A DNA stretch of 63,864 nt, the filler included, from Rozella allomycis CSF55 (Eukaryota), in the NCBI GenBank assembly GCA_000442015.1. It is 12 parts of 11 records of this genome, joined end to end, with 100 filler letters (N's around TTAATTAATTAA, not from the genome) between each part and the next. Parts side by side here need not be neighbours in the genome. Positions count along the whole stretch, not along the records: positions 23,863 to 31,161 come from KE561164.1; positions 31,262 to 32,511 come from KE561166.1; positions 32,612 to 34,771 come from KE561168.1; positions 34,872 to 39,026 come from KE561170.1; 8 more parts are not named here. One strand, 5' to 3'. Below, piece by piece: positions 24,800-35,690 of the stretch; position 1 is the stretch's first letter, and every line of letters begins with the position of its first letter. Both the position numbers and the translations under genes were made by a program. The notes beneath the pieces were generated by a model. The model ran no database searches. It was not told the DNA's origin and saw only the letters and a list, made by a program, of their open reading frames with translations.

Positions 24800-26386
24800 T
24801 TAAGTAGTCCTATTGAACTCTGTGATTGAAGATAAATTTATAAAATCACAAATTAGAGTCTTTTCTGACGTATCAACAACTTTACATTGAACAAAATCCC
24901 CAACCTTTACATTTTTTGTGTCTTGATTCTTTTTAATGACAGCGCTATAATTTTGATCTGAATGGCCACTAAAATATTCATTTGACTTTCTACTATCCCC
25001 TTCAATTAACACTAGTTGCTCTGTTCCAATAAACTTCTTTGTCTTTTCACGAATAATGTTTTTGAATGTTGATATTACTTGATTTAGTCTCTCCTTTTTG
25101 ACCTGTTCTGGCACATCATCCACATAATTTCTGTGGGCGTGCGTCTTTTCTCTGAGACTATACGCAAACATGTACGCCATATCATATTTCACAGTTTCCA
25201 TTAATGAAATTGTATCCAAATGATCTTGATTGGTTTCTCCACAAAACCCACTGATAAAATCTGAGCTTAGTGCAACGTCTGGTATAATGGCTTTGATTTT
25301 GTCTACCAACTCCAAGTATGATTCTCTTGTGTATCCTCGCCTCATCTTTTCAAGCATTTTTGAGCTCCCACTTTGTGCTGGAATATGCAACATTTTGCAA
25401 ATATTATTTCTTTCTTTGATTAGATATAAAAGATCGTCTGGAAAATCTTTTGGATGAGGAGAAGTAAATCTAAATCTCACATTGGGGTATTTTAATGATA
25501 CTTGATCCAATAAATGATGAAACCTCCTTCCACCTACTTTTGGCTTGTATATCGTGCTAAACCCTTTGCTCAATTGCGTCTCTCCATTGATGTTCTCTTC
25601 ACTATCATTACTAACGTCTCTATAGCTGTTCACATTTTGACCAAGCAAAGTTATTTCTTTGACTCCCTTATCAACCAAAAACCCAAATTCATCAATGATA
25701 GATTCCATATCTCGGCTTCTCTCCCTCCCTCTCGTAAAAGGTACAATACAATACGAACACATATTATCACACCCCCTCATAATTGACACAAACGCTTTAG
25801 GGCTCTTCTCATCGAATCTAACAGGCTTCACATCAGCATAAGTTTCTTCCAATGACAACATTACATTCATGCCTTGTTTCCCGTACAAGTCCATATCTTC
25901 CAACAATCGCGGCAAATCTCTGTAAGCATCTGGCCCACAAACAACATCTACAAGCTTCTTCTTTTCGAGTAGCTGCGACTTTAATCGTTCAGCCATGCAC
26001 CCAAGTACAGCAATCTTCATTTGCGGTTTTTGATGCTTCAAAGAGTGCAGCCTTTCCCATACTCGGTTTTCGGCTTGATCTCTTATCGCACACGTCATTA
26101 ACAATGCAACGTCTGCATCATCTGTTTTAACAGTGCGGACATAGTTGAACTTTTGTAAAATAGACAGCACTATTTCAGTATCATTTACATTCATTTGACA
26201 GCCATATGTTTCTATATACACTTTTCTTTGTAATGGGGAAATTATGTCTTGTATATATGTAACAGAAGGTGAAGTAGGAATGTCACCAATTGTTGAAGGC
26301 ATGAAGTCCTTCAGGGTCTTTGTTGCTACATTACTATAATAGTTCTTTGAAAAGTTAAATAAGTTTAGGGCATGGCGCTGGTTCAT
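24800..26386 (-). CDS. CDK5RAP1: Mitochondrial tRNA methylthiotransferase MiaB/CDK5RAP1 (radical SAM), intronless
   Basis: YIETYGCQMN, LGCMAERLK, RGCDNMCSYCIVPFTRGRERSR, RFTSPHPKDF, TRAM-like C-terminus. Confidence 0.95.
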   Translation of the reverse strand: MNQRHALNLFNFSKNYYSNVATKTLKDFMPSTIGDIPTSPSVTYIQDIISPLQRKVYIETYGCQMNVNDTEIVLSILQKFNYVRTVKTDDADVALLMTCAIRDQAENRVWERLHSLKHQKPQMKIAVLGCMAERLKSQLLEKKKLVDVVCGPDAYRDLPRLLEDMDLYGKQGMNVMLSLEETYADVKPVRFDEKSPKAFVSIMRGCDNMCSYCIVPFTRGRERSRDMESIIDEFGFLVDKGVKEITLLGQNVNSYRDVSNDSEENINGETQLSKGFSTIYKPKVGGRRFHHLLDQVSLKYPNVRFRFTSPHPKDFPDDLLYLIKERNNICKMLHIPAQSGSSKMLEKMRRGYTRESYLELVDKIKAIIPDVALSSDFISGFCGETNQDHLDTISLMETVKYDMAYMFAYSLREKTHAHRNYVDDVPEQVKKERLNQVISTFKNIIREKTKKFIGTEQLVLIEGDSRKSNEYFSGHSDQNYSAVIKKNQDTKNVKVGDFVQCKVVDTSEKTLICDFINLSSITEFNRTT

Positions 26387-26755
26387 TTTTGAATTGTAAA
26401 TTAGAAAATTCTAATTAGGCAAGTAATATATCCGAAAGCCGTTTTCCCATAGAAAATATTGACGAAATAAGACTGAAGATATCTTTAGAAATGGATCCTG
26501 TTCTCTGGTTTTAGGTTTAAGAGGAAGCTGTCCGAATTTTGGGATGGACCAGGTAGTACCGTTGAAGACGAGATGAATACAGCTTATCTTGAAATTAATA
26601 GACAATTGTGAATACATATCAGTCAACTTGTCAAGAATGGCAGAATGAAAACAGTGAGTCGCTGTAAGCATTCAAAATGATCAGAATTCATGACACAATG
26701 CACGGATATTAAACTTTGAAAATATAAATATTAAAATTAAATAATTTATTGCTGC

Positions 26756-27551
26756 TTAATATTTTCTGTTCCTATTGTTGCTCTTTTTAGCACGATATGC
26801 AAGGAATCCACCGACAGCAGCGACTAAAACACAAGAGACAGAAATCAATGAAATAATTAAAGCACTTGGACCTTGTCTTTCAGAATTTTCCTTGTCTTTA
26901 TTTTCATCATTTTCTTTAACAGTCTTTTCAGGTACATTTAATTCTTGTTTTTTGACTTCTGGCTTTTCTTGTTGTACAGGAGAAATTGGTTTATCCTCTT
27001 TTTGATTTGAATTCTTTATTATGTTTAGAACTCTTTCAAATGAACCAAAGTCAGTTTTAAAGGTGACTTTAACTTCTCCAAGTGTTTTGATTTCAATGTT
27101 GCTTTTCTTGCAAAGATCCACTTTTTGAACTACTTCTTGAGCATTATCCAAATAGGTTATAGTGGCTCCTAGATAAAATCTCTTTTTGCACACTTTTTCG
27201 AATGGATCAATAACAATTTTATCATGGACGAAATGATCTTTCTTAGTAAAGAAGGAAGAAAAGTCAACGACTTCGATTTGGTTAATGATGTGGTTTGTTT
27301 CACCAATTTTAACTGCAACATCAAATGTACCAACCACAGTAGTGTTTAACATTATCTTTCTGTTGAATGAAGCCTTTGATTCCAAAGGTTTATTTGATTG
27401 AATAACTTGAAATGAATTATCCAAGAAACTTAGAGGAGAAACGACTTGCATTCTTACAGTTTCATTTACAAAAAATACAGGATTTTTGGAACCAACTTGC
27501 TGATCACTAAAATAGAACTTTGTGTTGAATTTAATTGGATGAATCGTGATT
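26756..27551 (-). CDS. Alternative 3-prime copy (paralog/haplotype) of the adjacent surface protein
   Basis: Homologous to 27608..28300; TM ALIISLISVSCVLVAAVGGFLAY. Confidence 0.65.
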
Positions 27552-27607
27552 NTAAGTGAGTGAGTTGAAAACAATCATTTATATGAAATTTAAATAATTT
27601 ATTGTGT

Positions 27608-30600
27608 TTAATATTTTCCAGTCCCATTCTTGCTGGCTTTGGCACGATATGCGAGAAATCCACCAACGGCTGCGATGACACCAGCAACAGAAAGCAATGA
27701 AATGAGCAACGCACTTGGACTCGATTTAGTTTCATCATTTTCTTCAACATCACCTTTTTGATTCTCTATGACATTTAAAACTCTTTCAAATGAACCAAAG
27801 TCGGTTTTGAAAGTAACGCGAACTATTGACATAACATTTATATCAATAATAATTGTTTTGCAAAGATCAACTTTCTGAACTACTTCATGAGCATTATCCA
27901 AATAGGTCATAGTGGCGTGAATGGATGGCCTCTTATTGCAAATTTTTTCGACTGGTTGAATAACAATTTTTTCATGGACAAAATGATCTTTTTTAGTAAA
28001 GAAGGAAGAAAAGTCAACGACCTCGATTTGGTTAATGATGTGGTTTGTTTCACCAATTTTGACTGCAACATCAAATGTACCAACCATAGAAGTGTTTAAC
28101 ATTATTTTTCTGTTGAACGATGCTTTTGATTCCAAAACTTCATTTGATTGAATAACTTGAAATGTATAATCCAAGACATTTAAAGGAGAAACGACTTGCA
28201 ATTCAACATTTTCGTCTAGAAAAAATATTGGATTCTTGGAATTATCTTGCTGGCCACTAAAAAAGAAATTTGCTGTGACATCAAACGGATGAATCGTAAT
28301 CGGAGTCTTGTAAAATCGTTCAAACAACAATTTCCCTGATAAAGAGTATACTTTAACATTTTGAAAGGAAAAATTTGGCAGATTTAGTCTTTGACTACTG
28401 AATCCATCCATTTCTACCCTTCTATCATCAAGAAATAGAGTTCCGTAAAATTCTGGATTCGCAAAAGATGATATGACACTCAAACGCACACGTTCTCCAA
28501 TTAACATATTACTTTGCCTTGGAAAAATAACATCTATGATCAAAAAATCAACAACATTGAAATGATAAAAGCTAGATTCCTTATCTTTGTACTTAAGCCC
28601 CACTTGATTATAGCTTTTATCCCTCAAAAATAAATTGGCATTTACAAAACAAGGATTATTTTTGAGAACAATATCTTCGTTGTCGACGTTGTGAGATCTT
28701 AAAATCCAGTCAACTTCAATGTCTTCTTGATCTTTGGGACATTTAGGAATAATCTTAATAAATGATTCAACAAGATACGAATTTTTTACACTGAGCCCCA
28801 AATCTTCAACCATCCATTTCAGCTCAACATTGTCATCAAGTGTAGTTGTCATTATGTTTGGACTTAAAACGCTAAAATAAGTTGCTTCGTTAAATAAACC
28901 AAGCACTTTGGTCGATGATCGGGCAGTTTGATATTCTTTGTAAGGAATTATAGTGTCAACATTTTTCAACCTGAAATTACGGTTTTTCAGAAATTCTTCG
29001 ACCTCCACTCTCACTNACATTTTGAAAAGAAAAGTTTGGTAAATTCAATTTTTGGCTGCTCAATCCTTCCATTTCAACCTTCTTATCATCGAGAAACAAA
29101 GTTCCGTAAAATTCGGGTTTTGAATCAGACGACATGACACTCAAATGCACACGCTCTCCAACTACAATATCACCTTGCCTTGGAAAAATAACATCTGTAA
29201 TCAAAAAATCAACAACNTAATCAGAAAATCAACAACTTTGAAATGATGAAAGCTAGATTCCATATCTTTGTATCTAAATCCAACTTGATTGTAGATTTTA
29301 TCTTTCAATTGAATTACAACATTTTGTGCACAGATATCTATTACTGCTGCTACTTCTGACTTGTCAACTTTGTCTGATCTCAATATCCATTCAACTTCAA
29401 TGACTTGATCTTTGGCACAGTCAGCAATAATCTCAATATCCAAAAATGATCCGACAAGATAAGAATTTTCTACAGTTAACCCTAAATCTTTGACAACCCA
29501 ATTCACATCAAATTCATTATCATCTACATCAAGTCTCGTGACCACCTGGTTTGAATTTGGAATGCTAAAAAGGTTTGCTTGATTGAATAAACCAAGTACT
29601 TTGGTCGATGACTGGGCAGTTTGATATTCTTTGTAAGGAATTAAAGTTTCAACATTTTTCAACTCGAAATTACGATTTTTCAAAAATTCTTCGACCTCCT
29701 CTTTCACTATTAGAGTAAATCCATCGATTTGAAAAAGATTTTCATTCAAAGGATAGATTTCATATCCAACGCATACTGATTTCCCTTTGCATACCTTTAC
29801 GGTTTTAACATCGGCTACTTTAGGTAACTGGCAAATATCTCCCTTGGACATTTCTTTACAAACAAGATCAGCTCCAAGGTAAACATTTATAGTTGAATCA
29901 CTTAATGAAATTATTTTATCCTTTGAAAACAAACCATGTGATTTAACAAGTCTCTTCTTTCCGTCCAATACAACAGCAAACAAAGGAAGCTCTGGAGTGT
30001 CAAGAGAGCCGAATTCTCCAGGGACAACTAGGTCTTCACTCTTGTAGAATGCAAATGCCATATCAGCCAATTCATTTGAAGGATCAGAGAAAACAATACG
30101 ATTCGTTCCATTCTTGAGTGTTAAAGAGTAAAATTCTTTCTCAGGAACATTTAATTGACCAGTAAATCCAACCTTTTTCTCATCAACAAATGCTTCAAGA
30201 TACATATGCGAGTGCTTTTCCTGGCTTTTGACACTAAATACGACTTTGTCACCCGTAATAGTATACTTTGGAACATACTGCACCAATGCCTCAATTTTCA
30301 TTCTATCCTTTGATGGAGTCAAAACAANCTCATCAACGAATGCTTCAAGATACATAAGCGAGTGCCTATACTGGCTATTTACACTGAATATGGCTTTGCC
30401 ACCCGTAATAGTATACTTTGGAACGTACTGCACCAGTGCCTCAATTTTCATTCTATCCTTTGATGGAGTCAAAACAATCCTGTTCATAAACACATCATCG
30501 TTCACAATATTGAGATTGGACTTTCCATTTGACAATGACTCAAGATCACTTCTTTTTATTTTCTCACCGCACAAAGAAATGGGCATCCATGATTCACCTC

Positions 30601-30976
30601 CCAGTTTAGCTGAATAAACACTATTCTCGCAAAGATGCTTCAATTTCCCGTCAGGTTTAATAAAAACATGATCATCGTCTTCCTCAACTATAATCTCCAT
30701 GAATGGTTTATCCGCTTGCACAACTAATTCTTCCACATGATTTTCGACTTCAATGCTGAATACATTTTTGCCTAACTGGTTAAACTCCAGTTTCTCTACT
30801 GTACATGGAATTCCGTAAGCGTCAATAATCCTCACGGGTGTGTTAAGTTTGAAGGAGCCTTGATACGCCACCAAGTTACTGGAGAGAACTGCTTTTTCCA
30901 GACTTTCATACTCTTTCATAGATAAGGAGGAACAAAATGATGCTGCAAGAAATGCTGCTGCAACCAAAAAATACAT
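27608..30976 (-). CDS. Large type I membrane/surface protein (signal peptide, beta-rich ectodomain, C-terminal TM); mosaic of two divergent copies at N-junctions
   Basis: MYFLVAAAFLAASFCSS signal; ALLISLLSVAGVIAAVGGFLAYR TM; intronless. Confidence 0.7.
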
Positions 30977-31261
30977 AGGTGGCTGAATGTGGCGCCTGGT
31001 TGAAATTTATATTTGGAAAATGCTATTTTTGATTTTGAGTTTATACAATGCTATAAGTGGGAAACCAAGTAAAATGAAATCAAAAGATTGAAGATACTTT
31101 TATTTAAGAGACTTTATGGTAAAACATTTTTTTCGGATAGTAAGAGGAAATCGCATTTACTNNNNNNNNNNNNNNNNNNNNNNNNNNNNNNNNNNNNNNN
31201 NNNNNTTAATTAATTAANNNNNNNNNNNNNNNNNNNNNNNNNNNNNNNNNNNNNNNNNNNN

Positions 31262-32511
31262 AGATGTTTTCTTGTAAGTACCGTAACATGTCTGGAAATA
31301 TGTTGCTGTTGTCTGGACATTCCATCCAGTGTCGTTGGGTTTCCTCAGGGTTGTTGCACCTGACGCAAAGCGTATGATGCGGTTGTTTTGAGTTTGTTGG
31401 TAGTGCATTTGAGAAGTACTTTATTCGGAACGAGGTTTCTTTAGTTGAAATCGACAATTTGTTGTTTTGCTTTGGGTGTATGAGTTTTAATGTGAGTTCA
31501 TGTAACGTGTCTTCGAGGGGCGCTCCGAAGTACTTTTCGAACGCTTTCTGTATAGTTGAGAAATTGTTGTTGTGATAAAGAAGTCCAACAATTGTCTTCG
31601 GTCTGTTCTCATATCTATAGTTGTTGTGGTGTATGTATGTAAGGGTGTGGGGTTTGTCCTTTCTGTAGTGGTAAATTTTTTGTTTAGTTGCTGCGTTTGC
31701 TGCGTATTTTGCCCATTTGTCAGCCGTCTCATTCCATCGTTTACCTGCATGTGCTTTGACTTTTATGAGTGTGAGCGGAGCGGACCTTTGTGACAGGAGG
31801 TGTTGTAGCAGGTCCAGTAGAAGTTGGTTATTATATTTGAGTCGGTCTTTTTCTGTCCAATTAATGTGTTGCTGTATATATGCAATCATGTTAATGCTGT
31901 TTTGTGAGTCTGTGAAAATGTCAATCGGCGCGTTATTTGGTGTGTTCGTCAAACATTTGATAATAGCCATGAGTTCGGCCCTCGTGGAGTTCAGGGGACC
32001 TTCGATGTTAGTCAGAATAACCTTTTTCATAAACCCTGAGTTGGTATTGTCGTATTTGTAGTTTTGGATTTGTAGGGCGCTTGCACCTTGTTTACGTGTT
32101 TGTAGGTCAGTGGAACCATCGGTAAAGTACGTTATGGGGTGTCCAGCTCCACCCATCAGTACATTAGTGCGAAGGGGTGGTATTTGGTTTTGAAATGTTT
32201 CTCCGGTTTCCGACTCGTGTCGGAGGTCCCGAAGTCTCTTTCGAGTTTTTTTGCAATACTTTGATTTTAGTGGCATAATGGTATTAGAGTTTATATTGCA
32301 CGGGTTTTCGCAAAGAAGGTCGTAAAGAATTAAATAAGCCGTAGGTACTAAAGCTGATGTTTGTTCTTCGAGTTTCTCGCGCGTAGCTAGATTACGAATT
32401 CTGGTTTTAAATTGATTAAACGACATGAGGCATGTTCCGTGGTTAGTTGTCACGTCTTTAAGTGTGTGTATTTTCATTCTTTTTAGGTCGTTGCACACAA
32501 GTGGGTATAGG
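31262..32511 (-). mobile_element. Non-LTR retrotransposon fragment (RNase H + C-terminal Cys/His knuckle)
   Basis: YFTDGS...STRAELMA...IFTDSQ...KVKAHAG...NETADKWAK; CVRCNNPEETQRHWMEC; higher GC than surroundings. Confidence 0.85.
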
Positions 32512-32610
32512 NNNNNNNNNNNNNNNNNNNNNNNNNNNNNNNNNNNNNNNNNNNNTTAATTAATTAANNNNNNNNNNNNNNNNNNNNNNNNNNNNNNNNN
32601 NNNNNNNNNN

Positions 32611-33850
32611 NATGTTTGCAAGGACATGTGTTAAAGTAAAACAAAGCTCCATATGTGTAAAAGCAAGAATGTCGACAATGGAAAAAAAACTTTAGACATA
32701 TTTATTAAAATTTGGATTTACAAGATCAATACGTGATTGGTGTTATATGAAAAACGTGGCCACCACAAAGTACTTTTTCTTGCAGTGTTTGTTGATGATA
32801 CGATAGTTGCAAACAATGATCCTAAACTATATGATGAATTGATAAATAACTTAGAGCAAGAATTCAAAATAAAGTATTTAGCTGAGCTTCGAATAAAATA
32901 AAATAGAAAGAATAGATAATGTCACTTAGCCAACAAAAGTATATTGAAGATACACTAGTACACTTCAATGTGGATGGATGCAAATGTGTTACAAAGCCAC
33001 AAGATCCAAGTATCAAATTGTCCAATCAAATGTGCCCAATAATTGAAGAAGATAAAAGAACGATGCAAGAAGTTCCATATAGAGAGACAGTGGGTAGACT
33101 TAAATATTTAGCAGGATGTACAAGGCCAGATATTATGAATGCTGTTATTCAAAAATATGTTGGAAACCCGGGATGGTCTCACTGGATAGCAGTGAGGAGG
33201 ATACTTACATACCTTGCTGGTACCAAAGATTATGGAATAGTTTACAGAGCTTTAAGAAATTGCCAAAATAAAATAGAATAACATGATGCGTCTGATGCGA
33301 ATTATAATGAGGATATGGACAAGCGTAGACTAACTTCAGGATATGCATTCTTCATCAATCAAAATCTTGTTTCGTGGAAATCAACAACGCAGCAGTGTGC
33401 TACCCTTTCAACCAAGGAGGCTGAGTATGTGGCGGTGTGCACAGCCACACACGAACTACTGTGGCTAAGGTATTGATTAAGAGAGATAGGTTTTGAACAA
33501 AATTATCCAACCAAGATTCAAGAAGATAATGAGTCGGCAAAAGCATTAGTTAGTACAAACAAGTATCATTCAAGAACAAAACATATAGATACAGTACTTC
33601 ACTTTATTAAAGACAAATATGAAAACGGAAAACTTTTAGTTGTGAGTTGCAATTCGGAGGACATGGTGGATGACATCTTTACGAAAGGACTTTACAAAGC
33701 CTTATTTGATAAACATAGATACACAGGGAAATTCAAAATGTATCTAATTTAGAAGACTTATCATTACGGAAGGATGTTGGATTTAATGATTAGTCAGGAA
33801 ACTACTACTAGTGATGAAGACTCTAGGAAGCAATTTGAAATATCGTAAAT
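32611..33850 (+). mobile_element. Degenerate Ty1/copia LTR retrotransposon (RT/RNase H, PPT and probable start of 3-prime LTR)
   Basis: LSQQKYIE, VPYRETVG, TRPDI, DANY...KRRLTSGY, SWKS...LSTKEAEYVA, SRTKHID with stops/frameshifts; purine tract then TGTTGG at 33775. Confidence 0.85.
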
Positions 33851-33899
33851 AAGATATTCTTTACCCTGGTGATTTCAGTCTTCTTGTGACTTTACTTTA

Positions 33900-34570
33900 A
33901 AAATCTCTATTTACAAAAACGCCTTGTGCACTTGGTTGCTTGTTTTTAAAAATTTTCAGTATGATTGTTCCTGTTTGCGTCACTTGCTGTTCAAAATGAA
34001 TTGTCTAATGCCACTCGTCTGATTAGAGGTTTGAATCAAGTCTTTGGAGGTTTGCGTTAACTGATAAGTTCCGTGGTTTCTTCCGGTGGAGTGCTGACGT
34101 TTAATTTAGAGGTGGCTAGTATTACACTGCAGGATTTGTTGAAGTTATTCCGTCGGTGCATATAGTGCCAACTTGACACATCACCAAGGCAATGTAATTC
34201 TATCCGAATATCATTTGGTGTAACGCTTAATTCCTGCAAGTCATGACGGCAATTTGAACGAGCAAAATGATATGCTTTGGGAATTTTTTGCCCAACCTTA
34301 GACTGTTGGTTGGAAGCGGATATATGTTGTATAATGACTCGCTCAGGACAAATAATAATTGATCGGATACATTCCAGGTTGTATAAGTCTTTCACTACAG
34401 TCATTTCCAGTGTAAAAACAGAAATAAATAGAGTGTAGCACATAAACGGGGCTCTTCGCGAATTAGAAATCAGGATTCTTTAAATGTTTTTTGATTCATC
34501 GTTTTGCTTTCAAACATATTGCGAATACATTGACCTTTTTTGTTGAACACGTATAAAGGGCTGTTTCATG
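33900..34570 (-). pseudogene. Degenerate Crypton-like element (tyrosine recombinase/NDC10-II + GCR1_C-like remnants)
   Basis: Across frames: REEPRLCATLYLFLFLHW; KAYHFARSNCRHDLQELSVTPNDIR...WHY (HxxR...Y); TYQLTQTSKDL...GIRQF...K*RK. Confidence 0.4.
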
Positions 34571-34616
34571 TTGCTCCGTCTCTGCTTTGATCCTTGCAGA
34601 AAAGGGGTAATTTAAT

Positions 34617-34692
34617 AAATTTCCTTAATTTTTTAAGGAAATTTGCTCCGCTTTCTAGCGGAACAAAATCATCTCCGCCACAAAGCGGAGCA
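34617..34692. repeat. Cluster of inverted repeats
   Basis: AAATTTCCTTAA-TTTT-TTAAGGAAATTT (34617-34644); TGCTCCGCTTT (34644-34654) / AAAGCGGAGCA (34682-34692). Confidence 0.8.
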
Positions 34693-34879
34693 TCTACGCT
34701 TTCTCTCCTTTTGCACACCAAGCAATAATTTTTTACACATATTATATTAAAATATTTTTGATCACATATTTNNNNNNNNNNNNNNNNNNNNNNNNNNNNN
34801 NNNNNNNNNNNNNNNTTAATTAATTAANNNNNNNNNNNNNNNNNNNNNNNNNNNNNNNNNNNNNNNNNNNNCATCTCTG

Positions 34880-35110
34880 ATGACAAAGAGCGAGTATCCC
34901 GACCAACCACCAAGTTATCAAGAGGTTTTAAAAACACAAAATGATATTTATGATTATTCGAGACAAAGTAGTTTCGTTGAAGATGAAGATGAGTTTTCAC
35001 AAAGAGTTGAGGAGGAAGACTGCTGCACTCTTAAAGATACCGCTTCTTGTTGTCTTGAGGCTTGTCTCTACGTTGTATGTTCTATCTGCATTGAAAACGC
35101 ATGCAAATAA
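34880..35110 (+). CDS. Small PPxY + Cys-rich-tail (CYSTM-like) protein
   Basis: PDQPPSYQEV...EDCCTLKDTASCCLEACLYVVCSICIENACK. Confidence 0.65.
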   Translation: MTKSEYPDQPPSYQEVLKTQNDIYDYSRQSSFVEDEDEFSQRVEEEDCCTLKDTASCCLEACLYVVCSICIENACK

Positions 35111-35284
35111 AGTCCTTGATTAAATTCTGAAACGAAAATTTCTTATTAAATAATACATGATTTAATAATTAACTGATTCTATTTTAATCATCTATGATTC
35201 TATTTCACACGCCACTCTTCAGGTAATATTTTTATGAATCAATCGGTCATAAAAATACATTTTACGTTCCAGCCACAAGTTCAG

Positions 35285-35548
35285 ATGAATTCAAAGAACG
35301 AGAATCCCGACCAACCACCAAGCTACCAAGAGGTTTTAAATATCAGGAATGTCAGAAAGACTATTTATGATTCTTCGAGACACCGTAATCTCGCTGAAGA
35401 TGAGTTATCACAAAGCGACGAGGAAAAAGACTGCTGCATTCTTAAAAACATTACTTTTTGTTGTCTCCAAACTTGCCGTGAGACTTTACGTCATATGTGC
35501 AATGGAGAGCTCCGGCCAATTTATTACTCCACGAGGCCATCATCCTGA
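35285..35548 (+). CDS. Tandem paralog of the PPxY/Cys-rich protein
   Basis: MNSKNENPDQPPSYQEV...DCCILKNITFCCLQTC; AGCCAC 8 nt upstream of ATG 35285. Confidence 0.65.
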   Translation: MNSKNENPDQPPSYQEVLNIRNVRKTIYDSSRHRNLAEDELSQSDEEKDCCILKNITFCCLQTCRETLRHMCNGELRPIYYSTRPSS

Positions 35549-35690
35549 CTAAAATTCCTGATAGATAAGATAAATACTTGAATACTTGATTTAATTGATT
35601 CTATTTTAATTATCCATTTCACATTAAATGCATCCAATTACCATCTCTTTGAATTTTATCAAATATCCAAATCAAAACCCTGGTAATTAA

